Of a DNA stretch of 64,000 bases, positions 51,962 through 64,000 are shown piece after piece. Positions within the stretch are counted from its first letter, which is position 1, and the number at the start of each line of letters is the position of its first letter. Source of the stretch: Lama guanicoe. Lineage: Eukaryota. The DNA lies in NCBI GenBank assembly GCA_013239625.1, contig MU056000.1, positions 11,607,175 to 11,671,174 on the forward strand, given 5' to 3'. A program made the position numbers and the translations under genes. The notes beneath the pieces were generated by a model. That model made no database searches, was not told where the DNA came from, and worked only from the letters and a program-made list of their open reading frames with translations.

Positions 51962-54900
51962 CTAAGGTAAACATCCATGTTTCTTTCTAGTATTATTTAC
52001 TCCCCACAGAGCTAACTCATCTTTGGAGTTTCAGCTTACACTCACCATGTCTGGAAACTTCCCTCTCACAGCCCCTCTCACTCTGTCCCCACTGACCGCA
52101 CTGGAGGCTCAGGTAGGTTCCCATTTTCTGTGCTTTCACGGTGCCCTGGGCACATCTTTATAGATGCACTTTCCACACTGGATTATAATTTATGTGCTTT
52201 TATTCTCCACTCAGCTATAAGCTCCTTGAGTCTGGAGGCCATACCTTATATGTGATTCTTGGTGCCTGCTCACTGCTTCACACAAACGTTGTGAATGAAG
52301 GAAGACTTCGTCCCTAGTGGAAATGTGCCTCCTACCTCTCCACCCATTCAAACCCTAACTCAGATAAATGAATCAATTCAAGTGCTTCCTATGATGTGAG
52401 ACCCCTTTAACTTCTCTTGCTACACCGAGCTTCCTCTTCTCTGAAACTGAGACTTTAAGAGTTCATTGTAAGTATCTCCCCCACAGCTTCAAGTCTACAT
52501 CTATCTTCCCAGTTCGATTTTAATTAAGTCAGTATTTCAGCAAATGTTTTTTTCTAGCCATCTCTCTACATTCATAGATATGTTTAGATATATAAATGTG
52601 ACTCTACCTATTTATTCAATTGCCAAGCAGAATTAGGTTGTAGAAATCTTCCCGTGTCAATACATTTCATTGGCTTCATAATATTCCACTGTATTGAGGT
52701 GCCATCATTTACATAACCATTCATCAGCTCTCATGGATGAACATTTGTGACTTTTCCAATAATTCTCTATCACAAACAAGGTGGAAATCAATATCCTAGT
52801 ACACAGATCATTTCAGACTTGTACAATTATATCCTTAGAGTAAACCTCTCAAGGTGTGATTGCCAAGTCAAGAGTTGAAAATTTTATGTTCAGATAAACA
52901 TTCCTAGATCACTTTCCAAAAACATAGTATCAATTTGTAGGCTCCAAATTGTTTTCCCACCACATCCCACTCTTCAAGACTGATTAATTATTTTGTCTCC
53001 TAGAAGGACAAAGGCCTGGCAGCTTGGTCTTGCATCTTTGCCTTAAGATCACAGTGGTGTGAGAGGGGGACTATTGAAGGGCAATGTCTATCAGAATTCT
53101 TCCTTCCATGTCTCTAGTTATTGCTGCAAGTAAATATTTCAACTCTCACTCTTACCATTGCCAGTAAACATATGAAAAGATACCCAATCTCCCCATTAGC
53201 CAAAGGAATACAACTAAAATAATAAAGGATGTTTTGGTTTTGTTTTCTTGTTGTTGTTGTCTTTTTGGAGTTAAGGCAAAGAGCAATATTCTTTGTTGGT
53301 ATAAGTGTGGGGGAATGACACTTGTGTCCGTTTTTTGGTTCTTTTCCCTAATTGCATTAGCTAGTACTTCCAGAGCAATTTCAGACAGCAGTGGTGACAG
53401 CAAGCACTCACGTTCTGATCCAGACCTTAGTAGTTGGGCTTCCAGCATCTCAGTCATTAAGCATTACAAAATTTTTAGTTGAGTTTTATATTTTTATTTA
53501 CATTTCACTCACAGTTCTATTATGATTAAGTGACTTTTACCAAATGCATGTTTGTGTCTCCATCAAGATGAATACGCAGTGACTGGGATACTTAACGATG
53601 GGTGTGATATAAACCAGACAGTTTCTACCTGCCTCCCCATCTGTCTAACAAAGAACTTTTTCAGTTTCTGTCCAAACATGAGATTAATTCCAAGTTTCTG
53701 GACCAACATGAAAAATATCGTTAAAACACATGTCCTGCGTATATACTGCATCAGAGTTATAACAGTGTTATCAAGATCCATGTCACAGACCATTTCAAGC
53801 CCTGTTCATTAATTCATCTTAGAGGAGCTAAACCAAATTTTGGCAAGGTCCAGTCTGTTGCAAAGAAATCCTGTTTGAGACAAGACAGATATAAACCCAC
53901 AGGATAAGATTACCTATGTGCAGCTTTCACAGCCAAATCAGACATCCATTTCTTACCTCAGTCAGAGACACAAATGGAGCCCAAGATGTTTCATCACTCC
54001 TTCTCAAAGTCTGTGAAATACAGTGCCCCCTGATGACTCCAGTTTCAGGAACTGGCACTGTTTCTAAATTCTGCTTCCTCTATTTGGCTAAGAATAAATC
54101 TGTTAAAATAGTAAGATGTGCCAGTGAATAGTATCCTGTTTTTTCTCACCACCTGCAGCTAGTTACACGATCTTTAAAGGCATCTCTCTGCTTATTACTA
54201 TGATCAAGCACCAGCAATGTCATCTGGACCACACAGAAAATAAAATACGCTAATACAATACTATAGATTTGTATACAATACATATTAAGGCACTAAATGT
54301 ACACATTTTACAAGGAATCAGTCAGTCACTGTATTTAACTTCATTTACTGATGTATTATTGTCCAGTGTTATACACATGGCCAGGAAGAGATGATGGAAA
54401 AGTAACCCCAGCCCCGATCTTGCCCTCAGGTGCCTCCTGGTACAGTGAGAGACAAAAAAATATGTACACAACTGCAGAAACACAGAAACAGCCATGGCCG
54501 TTCCAAGAGTTGTGCACATTTTGGAGTGATCAGAGATGTCTTAATGGACAAGTGGCTTTTGGATTAGACTTGGAAAGCAAGAGAGTTCTCCATGGAGAAA
54601 ATAGAAAAAACATATTCTTAGATGAGAAAGGAGTGTCATGAACACAGGAACTGAGACAGGATTCCTGGTTTGTGCTGGGAAAACAAGAATAACTATTTGG
54701 CAGGATTACACAGGAAGCGGGCAGACATTTGGTAACTTCAGACGTGACTAGCTCAGTTAAGACCTTGACTACCATGCTAGGGAGCATGAATGTGACTCTG
54801 TAGGCAACTGGAAGCACCTGATGAGGCTCTTAAGAAGGGGTACAGCATGCTCAGAGTCACGTAGAAAAGGTGGAACTTTAAGTATTTAAGCAAAGATTGC

Positions 54901-54991
54901 ACACAAGGTTAATTGTGGTATTCTTTACACTTGAAGACACTTGTATACAATGAATTGAGTATTAATTGAAAGATGTACATATTGACAGAAC

Positions 54992-55504
54992 TGGTGGTGG
55001 CAGAGACTGCTAATTGTTGCTCAATACCTATTTCTCCCTTTTGTTAAAGAACTCCCAAAATTCAGCTGGTCACAGACTAACCAGAATAAAGACTACACAC
55101 TTCCTAGCTTGCCCTGCAGCAAGTTGTGATCATATGACTAAGTTGTAGCCCATGGGATATAATCTAAAGTGCTGCGCACCATTTCTGGGACATGGTCCCT
55201 AGACATTTCCACACATCTCTAGATGAGTGAGCTTTTCCTTCTCTTCCTTCCTCCTCGAATGCAGCTGTAATGTGTGGAGCTGAAGCAGCCATTTTCAACA
55301 ATAAAGATGAGCTAGGGATGAGGGTCACCTATATAGGGGCAAAAAGAATGGAAGAACCTTGACTCTGACACATAGAGCACCTGCTTAGCCCTGGAGTACC
55401 TCATTTGACGTTTTCATGAAAGAAAGAAAGAAATTCTTATTTTTTCTGAGCTTCAGATATTTTGAATATTCACCACTGGCATCTAAACCAAATCTTATCT
55501 GACA
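54992..55504 (+). mobile_element. Old MLT1 (J/I-like) LTR
   Basis: Contains tggcagagactgcta...ttcctagcttgccctgcagc...catatgactaagttgtagccc...ggagctgaagcagccattt. Confidence 0.7.
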
Positions 55505-55619
55505 GGGTTGGGAAAGTGATTCAAGGGGCTTTCTATAGCTACACGTCCAGTAAATCTGTTAGCATCACCTTAGGAACTCAAGAATTTTGTTAGGGGTGGA
55601 AAAAGCTATATTGGACAAT

Positions 55620-56700
55620 CCAGTTAAACTTGAGAAACTACATCCAATAACTGAAGAAAGCACATTCTTTTCAAGCACACATTACACATTGACAGAAAGT
55701 AACCATATATTTGGCCAAAATTCAAGTCTCAGCAAATATTGAAAGAATGAATTTATATCAACTATGTTTTCTAATCACAAGGCTATTAAGCTAGAAGTCA
55801 GTAACACAAAGATAATCCTCATATGGTTAAAAGTTAACCACATGATGACTTGTTAACGTCTATATCCCAACTAGATTCCAAGTTGTATAAGAGAAACTGA
55901 CAGATCAAACTAGCCAAGAAAAGAGGGAAAATTTTGTAATGATGTGAACATAAATTTTTAAAATTAATGAACTTAATCTCGATTAAAAGCAGGCAAAGGA
56001 TATGAACAGACAGTTCGCACTCACATACAGAAATGCCAAAAGTCGGTAAACATGGGAAGCCATATTCCACCTCACTAGTAATAAAGGAAGTGCAATTGAA
56101 AATAACAAAGTATTACTTTTATAAAATATGGATAATTTAGTTTACTAATAATTTATAACTGATGATTTCCAGTGTTGGGGAAGATAAGAGAAGTGGCCAC
56201 TGTCCTACACTGCTGATGGAGAGTCACATTAGTCCCGTGCTGACGGTGGGCGATTTGGAAGCACCTAACAAGAGTTTACTAGCACGAACTCCATAACCCA
56301 ACATTTGCACATCTGGCTCAACCTGGCAGTAATGCACCCAATGTCTGTATAGAGTTAGCTGCAGTATTTTTATAACAGTGAAAAATTATAAACTACCTAA
56401 GTGTCCCTCAACAGGAAAACTGTTAAATACACTGTTAGATTCATTCTGAAGAATATAATTAATACATTTAAAAAATAATACTCATACATACTGATATACT
56501 GTCAAATGAAGGAAGCTAAAGCATAAGGCACAAAGTCAGGGGAAAACACGGTAAGTGCGCAGACATATATGTATATACATGTAAACACATTCTTCAAAAA
56601 GTACTAGAAGGCTGCAGACCAATGTTTTAACAGTGATTATCTGGACTGGGGTAATGAATTGGGATGAGGTCTTGGAGGTAAATAAAAAGAGGGATTATCC
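55620..56700 (+). mobile_element. Old L1 fragments
   Basis: Contains cacattcttttcaagcacac, aggcaaaggatatgaacagacag and cctcactagtaataaagg. Confidence 0.65.
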
Positions 56701-57866
56701 ATTTTCACTGGTCCCTGTATTATCTGAATTATTTAAATTTTAACATACTTTTTAACAACATTATGTTTTCCTGAACTACTTGTGTAGTTAAAAACAGTTG
56801 AGTAAATTATTAAATTTACCCAAAATCCCATTAGTAATGTGTGGTGAGCCATAAACTGGTGTTCAGGCTCCTTAGCTGATTGGAAAATGTTTTTTCGTCT
56901 CCCCAAAGTGATTTAAACTTTTCTCAATTCCAGAGAGTTTGAGCGATCCTGTAAATGTGGACACAACTTAAACTGAAGCATCTCCAAGTAAGACACACTT
57001 TTCTAGATGCTCGTTCTTATTGCAGATTTTGAGAATTAAAGCAATGCCTCTTAAGCGCTTTGCACGGTGCTTGGCTCATTAGAGCTCAGCGCATGGCAGC
57101 AGTTAGTATTATCAGCTTGAATCGCTGCAAGTAGTCCTTGTCATCCGACACAAACTTTAAACTAAGCGTGCTTGTTTTCTGAGCTCATCAGAGGCTCAGC
57201 CAACAGTCAGCCGGACAAAGCGTGTACGAGGGGAGATGCCGCCACACGCTCTTCGCCTCCTCTGACAGATCGCTCTCAACCACACTCAAGAAATATTTTC
57301 AGTTCTGGAAATGACCTATTGGGATTTACGAAAAGTAAACTCCTGTCTAATCCACATCGCTTTCCACCGCTGCTTGCTCTGCCGTCAAGTTAGTTTTAAT
57401 CCATAAATATCTGTAAGTATATAAGGCAATATATTTTTTTGTACTGAATTCAAAATGGATTTACCAGATACTTAAAAGCTAATCATTGTATAATTTAATC
57501 ATTGTAAAGTCACTTTGCTGGCACTGTTTGGCTTTGATCAGACATCTAGAAGAAATTCCATCATCAGACTCTGATACCGTATGAGAAATGAGCTCTCTCT
57601 ACTTCTAGTGTGCTGGCCAAATTCTGACTCACAATTGATAAGGAGTTCTGTGTTACTTTTCATATCATGGAACTGTCACTCACATATAATTAGCACCTTA
57701 TTTGAAGAAAGAGCCTTGTCTTCAAACTATAAACTAAAACTGCCTTCAATGATGGCCAATATTTCTTAGTTCTTTATGGAAATACCAATCTTATGTCAGT
57801 GTCGATCTGCTAGGAAATAGTTAAATGAATATATTTTAATACAGAACATGTAATGCAGATACATTA

Positions 57867-58011
57867 TTTTTTATTGAAGTAGAGTTGATTTATAATATTG
57901 TGTTAGTTTCTGGTGTACAGCAAAATGATTCAGTTATACACATATGTACATATTCTTTTTCATATTTTTTCCATTATATGGTTTATTACAGGATATTGAG
58001 TGTAGCTCCCT
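57867..58011 (-). mobile_element. Short L1 3' end
   Basis: Starts ttttattgaagtagagttgatttataatattgtgttagtttctggtgtacagc. TSD atacatta at 57859-57866 and 58012-58019. Confidence 0.85.
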
Positions 58012-58507
58012 ATACATTACTGATGTAAGAATTTCTCTCCTTACTCTCTATGAAACTTTACAGCATTTCATTGAAAACTGTCCCAACTTTCTATCAATCC
58101 CTTGCTTCAACAGAGCCATAAAAATTAATCTGCTCTGCATTTTGCTAAGGGCTTAACTGCTGAAAACATTGCTATTGTCCTTGCAAAATAATTTTAACTT
58201 ACTGTTTATTTCACTTAGCACGTATGGTTTGTTGCTCAGAGAAAAAGACGATTACTAAGTAACATGTCATTTTTCTCACCATATGAAAATCTCAAGAGTA
58301 TTTTTATAGCTGTCCAAACTGAAACATACACTTCCAAGCTATTTAATTATAAATTAACCATGCTAATTTATGCAATTATGATCATGTTTAGCTTCATTTA
58401 AAAAGCTGTTCACTGAAATCTATGTTGGCCTATAAATACTTTACAGTTTTGATAAGGCAAAAGAACTACATGTAGGTCTTTATGTAAAAGGCAGCATATA
58501 TTTTTTA

Positions 58508-58572
58508 CATATATATATATATATACATGTCTGTGTGTGTATATATATATGTGTGTATATTTATATATGTAT
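58508..58572. repeat. (TA)n/(TG)n compound microsatellite
   Basis: Read directly from the sequence. Confidence 0.85.
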
Positions 58573-61469
58573 CCACTTAAAATCCCTCACATTTTATCCC
58601 TATTTAAGATACATTTGATGAATGTTATGGCCACGTCTATCAGAAGCGTCATACTCCAGCAAGGCCCTGGCCCCACCTATGAGGCTGGAAACTGCAGTGT
58701 TGACATGGTCTTCCCTGACACAGCATAACACTCCTCTCACTAGTTACCATGCCTTCGTGTACTTCTGATAAATGGGTTACTCAGCCAAGAAGGCAGGAAT
58801 AGTGTCACAAACCAAGTTCTTTGAGCTAGTTACGCATGGTTCACTTTCAGTAACTAATAGGTCATATTTTCTAAGCATCGAACCAAGAGCAACCGTGGCC
58901 TCATTGATCTGGAAAGAGTACACGTGTGCTTCCCAACAAATGATCTGTTTGTCTAATACCCACTATTAATGTTCTTGAAATGCCTCGGACCTCTAAGATA
59001 AAATTATATTTCCCATTTAGAAAAAGAAAATTCTATTTCTCTCTCCTTCATCTTTCCTCTGTTCCTTTTTATTTCCAGTTATTTCCAGTGGACAGAGCCT
59101 TCCCTGGGGACTTAGAACCAGACAGAGAGACTCATCGTCCACAGTCCCTCCCCTCAGTCAGGAGGCTCGGGGACGGCCGGGGCCTCAATAGTGACTGCTT
59201 AATTAAGGCGCCCCTGGTTGTTAACTAAGAACTGAAGCCTCTTGGAAAAATTTTCTCCCTCAAGCAAGATAGCTTGCCATTAGTAAAACAATCAGCGGTA
59301 ATTAAAAACCTCATTTTCAAATATAGTTCTTAAGTTTTACATCATAAAAACTGCTTCTCATCTAATTCTCTTTAAAAATGTTGCCCCAAGCAAAATAAAA
59401 GGCCGTCTTTGAAAAAACTAGAGCCAAACGAAAGAAGCCAAAAGGCAGTCAGTTTCTCTTTCAAATAATAAAACTGTCCTAATATTTGGTCAATAGTTGT
59501 TCTTAGATACATGAATCCAAGTAAGGGATATTCTTTTTGTCTTGTTGGAAAAAATACCTAAAATACTTGATCATCAGTACATTACAGCTCTGCAGGCAGA
59601 CGTGCTAGACCTCGCAATTATCTTCTGTTTAAACTTGTTGCACCCAGATAGTCAATGAGCAATCAGATTTTGAATGCACTCCCTAAAACAACTTTAAATG
59701 GATTTAACGTTCTGCTTGAGTTCACATGCTTTATACCCTTAAACTGTTTAAGAAGTAGTTATTCCAAAACCTCTGAACAGATTAAAATTTAACCCCCCCC
59801 ATTGCAAAATGGAATAAAAACAGAAAATGTTTTATTTAATCAAAATCTAATCAAATCGAGGTGGGGGGAAGCACCCTTTCTGAAACAAATTAGGTGAATC
59901 ATAACAGATGTCAAAGCCTTTTCAGTAACTGGAATCTGGGCCAAATTTATTTTCAAACAAGATGGGAAAAATAGAGAAATAGTTCTAACCTAATGGAATT
60001 CTGGTCACCCTGGGTCAAATTTCAAGAACAAGACTGTAGTTATCAGCAAACACTAGAGGGCGGAGTTGCATAGTGAAGTTCTAAGTTTGACATCTAACTG
60101 GGGAAAAGGATACCAATAATTAGATGCTTGCTCGTTATATTAACCCTCAAGACCTGCCACTACTGACTTATCTTGAAAGGTTTTAAGCTTCTAACAGATA
60201 ACCCAAACTATCCCACTACAATCAGACAAACACTGGAAACCCAGGCTAGAGCTCCATGGAGAACACTTGTCCTGAGAATGATTCCTTCCTGCACTAGTTC
60301 ATAAATATAACATCTCATTTTCCATGAAATGACCATCACTTTTCTCCTAAATAAAAGATGCTTAGTGACCATGCTCATGCCTTTGAAAGCTAGGGATTTT
60401 AAGTTACAGATGACATTTCCCACCAAATTTGGGGAACTGATTATTCCATTTTGGTCAATTAAGTACTATAAACTCAAACAAAATGTTTCCATATTATTAA
60501 AAGTTTTCTGAACAGGAGGGAGTGTTCAACCTTCAAAACTCCTTTGCATTCATTCTTTGTCAATGGCAGTGATTTTAAAAAGACGGGCTGCCCAGCATCC
60601 TGTTGTACTGATTAATGGAAGCCATTTATTTTAAACAGATTTTGGAAGCCCAATGTCAATTTCTGTAGTTCTAGGAGCAATGTAAAAAGTCATTCCTTCT
60701 CTTTAAGTCATTGCATGACTTTCACAGTGGCCAAGTCATGAACAAGCCACATCAATAGCTCCCAATTATATTACCTTGAAAATCACAGTCTTACACATTC
60801 ATTCTCCAAATAGCCAGGTGTCCTAGATGGCATTCAGTGAGATAACGGAGATTCTCCGCAAAACAGTCCATCTCAGAAAATGTGTGTTTTTCAACAGAAA
60901 AAATGTATTTGTCCAAGATGAGTGTTTTTATCACTATATTTATAAAATATATTTATAAAAATCAATATTAAAAATAATTAAAATCCAAATGCACTGAATT
61001 TCTCATATATGATGGCTTTTATTTAAGATCCTAACCCCTTGATTATTCTGTAGATTGCACAGTGAATGTGGCAACATAAATATTTTAAATAACTCAGGAA
61101 GAGTAAATTTAGCATCCATGATTCTTAGAATCTAGAATGTATTTTTCACTATTCTTTTTCTCTTAATGTCTATCTGATGGTGCTCTTCTGTCCTTTATTT
61201 TAAAACCAATGTCTTAAATATTCACCATACTATCCAAGATATATAATGGATCAAGGAAATTGGGCCACTATGGGAGCTTTTAATATATTGATGCAAATTA
61301 TAGAAATATAGGCTGCAAAATATTGACCTCTCCAGTCCATTCATGGAAAACTAAAACCCAGAATGAAATGTACTTCAGTAGGAAAACTAAGCATGGCAAA
61401 CATTCACTAGTATACCTTATTTCTAGAAAGTCATATATGACAATTTCTGTCAATCAGTTTTAAAGGTCT

Positions 61470-61780
61470 TGCATTGGTAGCCTTCCTAACCACTTTATCT
61501 AAAATTTTAACCACTCCTCTCAACATTTCATCTCCTGCTTCTTTGCCCAATGTTTTCCCCTTAGCACTTACCGCTAATTGATTTAATAATTATTTTACTT
61601 GGAATTTTTACTTGTATGTTATCAATTTCCCTCTCTGGAATATATACCCTCTGAGGGCAGAGATTTTATTTCTTTTGTTTACTGTTTTATTCATCTCCAG
61701 TCCCTAGAACAGTGCCTGGCACCCAGTAAGTAATTAATAAATATTTGTTGGATTATTAAATGGATGAATAAATAAATGAA
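61470..61780 (+). mobile_element. L2 3' end
   Basis: Contains tgagggcagagatttt...cctagaacagtgcctggcacccagtaag...aataaatatttgttg. Confidence 0.85.
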
Positions 61781-62489
61781 AAAAACAACAAATCCAAAAC
61801 CTGGCAGAATTGTATGTGTTCCAACTCTTGTTAGGAGTCAGAACTTAATAAACACCATCACATACCAGGAGTTTTGAAACTGTTACTTGATTTAACCTTC
61901 CCAGCAACATTAAGGAATTAATACACATGGTATCACTGTTGGCCACACAACTTAGTATGTGGCTGAGCTAAAATTTAGACTCTGGTCTGCATATTCCAAA
62001 GTCCATGCTTTTTCCATTATGTTGCACTGACCTACATATAATCTTAACCCCTCTAGAAGGTGTGTAATAAATGTATAAAAGGATAGTTTTAAATTAAAAA
62101 GGCTAATTATGTCAAAATACTCATGGAGCTTTGTAGACTTGGAAGAATCAGTTGAGTATTTATGAATGGCTTTTCCATTTATTGGAAAAGCTTAGGGTTC
62201 CACAATGCCTTAGTTACTCACACCAAGTCTCAGGTGGTGGGGGGAGGACAGGATAGGAAAAAATCACATATTTCTTTCACAAATTATGGGAGAGGACTAT
62301 TGCATAAATACACAGGTTAACAGAATACTCAGTAAGGGATTTAAAACACATAATTTCATACAGCACACAATCACCGTGATTGCAGAATAATAGGTCTTCC
62401 TAAACTGGCAACTTCATGAACAAAGCAGCATCAGCAACATTTGCTGATTTCCATAAGGCTCTATTTCAGGAGTAACTGCATAAAGGTCC

Positions 62490-62980
62490 GAACTCCCTTA
62501 CCCAATAATCCAACTACATGCTGTCTGCAAGAGACACACTTTAGATTAAAAACCTACTATGTTGAAAGTAAAAAATTTAAAAAGAGATATACCATACAAG
62601 CTGAAGCAGCTATCCCAATATCTTAGAGATAGAAATTGTTACTAGAGACAAAAGACATTGCATTGCGATAAAAAAAAGTTGATCCATCAAGAAGATGTGA
62701 TATTGACACGTGTATTTACACTTAATAACAGAGTCCCAAAATATGTGAAGCAAAAACTGACAGAATCGGAGAGAGAAATGGACAATTCAACAACAATATT
62801 TGGAGACTTCAATTTCCCACTTTCAACTAGACAGAAGAGCAAAAAAGGAACTAAAAGACATGAACAACACCATAAACTACACCAGATGGACCTTTATCGA
62901 ACACAACACCAACAACAGCAGAACACTCCCTCTTCTCAAGAGCATGTGGAACTTTCTCCAGGATAGACCATATGTTAGAC
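62490..62980 (+). mobile_element. L1 ORF2 endonuclease-domain fragment
   Basis: Translations TCCLQETHFR, IHQEDV and NSTTIFGDFNFPLS. Confidence 0.85.
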
Positions 62981-63289
62981 CAAAATCCCTCACCTAAAAC
63001 TCTTTGGGCCATATGTGTTTCAGAATTCCAAACTGTCCAGATTTTTAAAATATGGTATGGTGTATTTTCATTGTATTATGTAATACCCCACACCCTCAGC
63101 ACGATCTGGGTCAACGGGCTATAACCAATCACAATATTTCTATGGCAAAATATATGAACACTGTCACTACTCAAGATAAAGACTATAAATAGCATCAACT
63201 CAGGTCAGGAGATGTTTTGTCACCAAATAAATCACACACAAAAAAGTTTTTAAACTCTTGCTCCTATTTTCAACACATTTTCAAATGGC

Positions 63290-63760
63290 TCTGCTTTTTT
63301 TCATCTCTACTGCATCATCCTAGTATGAGCCACTGTTATGTCCTTCCCACCCATCGGGGAGCATTCTAACAGCACTCCTGCTCTCAGCCCAGGCTCCCTC
63401 CAGTCCAGGCTTTACAAAGCAGCTAAAAGTGTCTGTTATTATATTACTCCTCTGCTTGAGATTCTCCAATGACTTACCATTGCTCTTAGGATGAAGCACA
63501 CATTCCTCACGATGGCCTGCATGGGAGGGTGCACCTCTACCTCCCCATCTACTCCTCCTCACTCATGGTCCTTTTTATTCCCTTCAGCGCTACAAGCTGT
63601 TTCCTCCTGAGGGTCTTTAGTCTAGCTGCTCTCCCTTCCTGCATGCTCTTCAAAGAGTTTTTCAAAGGAAGGATCATCATCAATCTGTCTTCAGGTCCAA
63701 ACTCAGATGTCACCTCTTCACAGAAGACTTTCCCTAACCCTTCTGTCTAGATGCACTTAG
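63290..63760 (+). mobile_element. L2 fragment
   Basis: Contains ctccaatgacttaccattgctcttaggatgaa and ttcaggtccaaactcagatgtcacctcttcacagaagactttcccta. Confidence 0.7.
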
Positions 63761-63777
63761 CCTTCTCCATGCTACTT

Positions 63778-64000
63778 TTAAAAAAATAAACTGAATTTTA
63801 GAGCAGTTTCAGATTTACATAAAAGTTGCAAAGATAATTCAAAGAACCCCCACATAGGCTGCACACAGTTTCCCTTACTGTCACCCTCTTCCATTACTAT
63901 GGTACATTTGGCACAAATAATAAACCAACACTGGTACATACTATTGACGAAGAGCCACACTTTACTAGGATTTCACTAGTTCTTCCCTACGTCCTTTTTC
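63778..64000 (-). mobile_element. L1MC/MD-like 3' end, cut off by the window edge
   Basis: Contains tttagagcagtttcagatttacataaaagttgcaaagata...catttggcacaaataataaaccaacactggtaca. Confidence 0.75.

Noticed and set aside
58747..58907. Candidate upstream exon (ctctttccag ... ATG|gtaact)
   Set aside because: It has stops in all three frames.
1..64000. CRISPR arrays, operons, tRNA/rRNA genes or intact autonomous transposons
   Set aside because: None seen. There is no repeat-spacer periodicity, and all retroelement ORFs are fragmentary.

Overview
Mammalian nuclear DNA, AT-rich and repeat-dense. It carries MIR, L2, MLT1, MER20, MER2, L1 and ERV1 elements but no Alu, B1, Bov-tA, PRE-1 or Can-SINE that I could see; the young L1 3' tails suggest a laurasiatherian, possibly a camelid (inference). 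Nearly all entries in the ORF track are noise or repeat-derived. The main genic signal is the 3' end of a minus-strand spliced gene. Five phase-compatible GT-AG exons (51914-51961, 42148-42270, 28531-28689, 18749-18798, and 17305 downward) splice to a stop-free 129-aa C-terminus ending GSNAFCLGGKTAVQLILSLALIISLGS*, which resembles a GPI-attachment signal. I do not recognise the gene. Downstream of it are a decayed class I ERV (env, a duplicated PPT/LTR junction, 3' LTR), two related solo LTRs and a 3.2-kb truncated L1. Oddities include a tailless L1 insertion with TSDs, an internally deleted L1, a nested MaLR pair, a perfect hairpin with 16-bp arms and an intronic RUNX/MYB/GATA/E-box cluster. 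Repeat family names come from recalled consensus sequences, not a search, and many boundaries are approximate. I see no evidence for a wholly new biological system.
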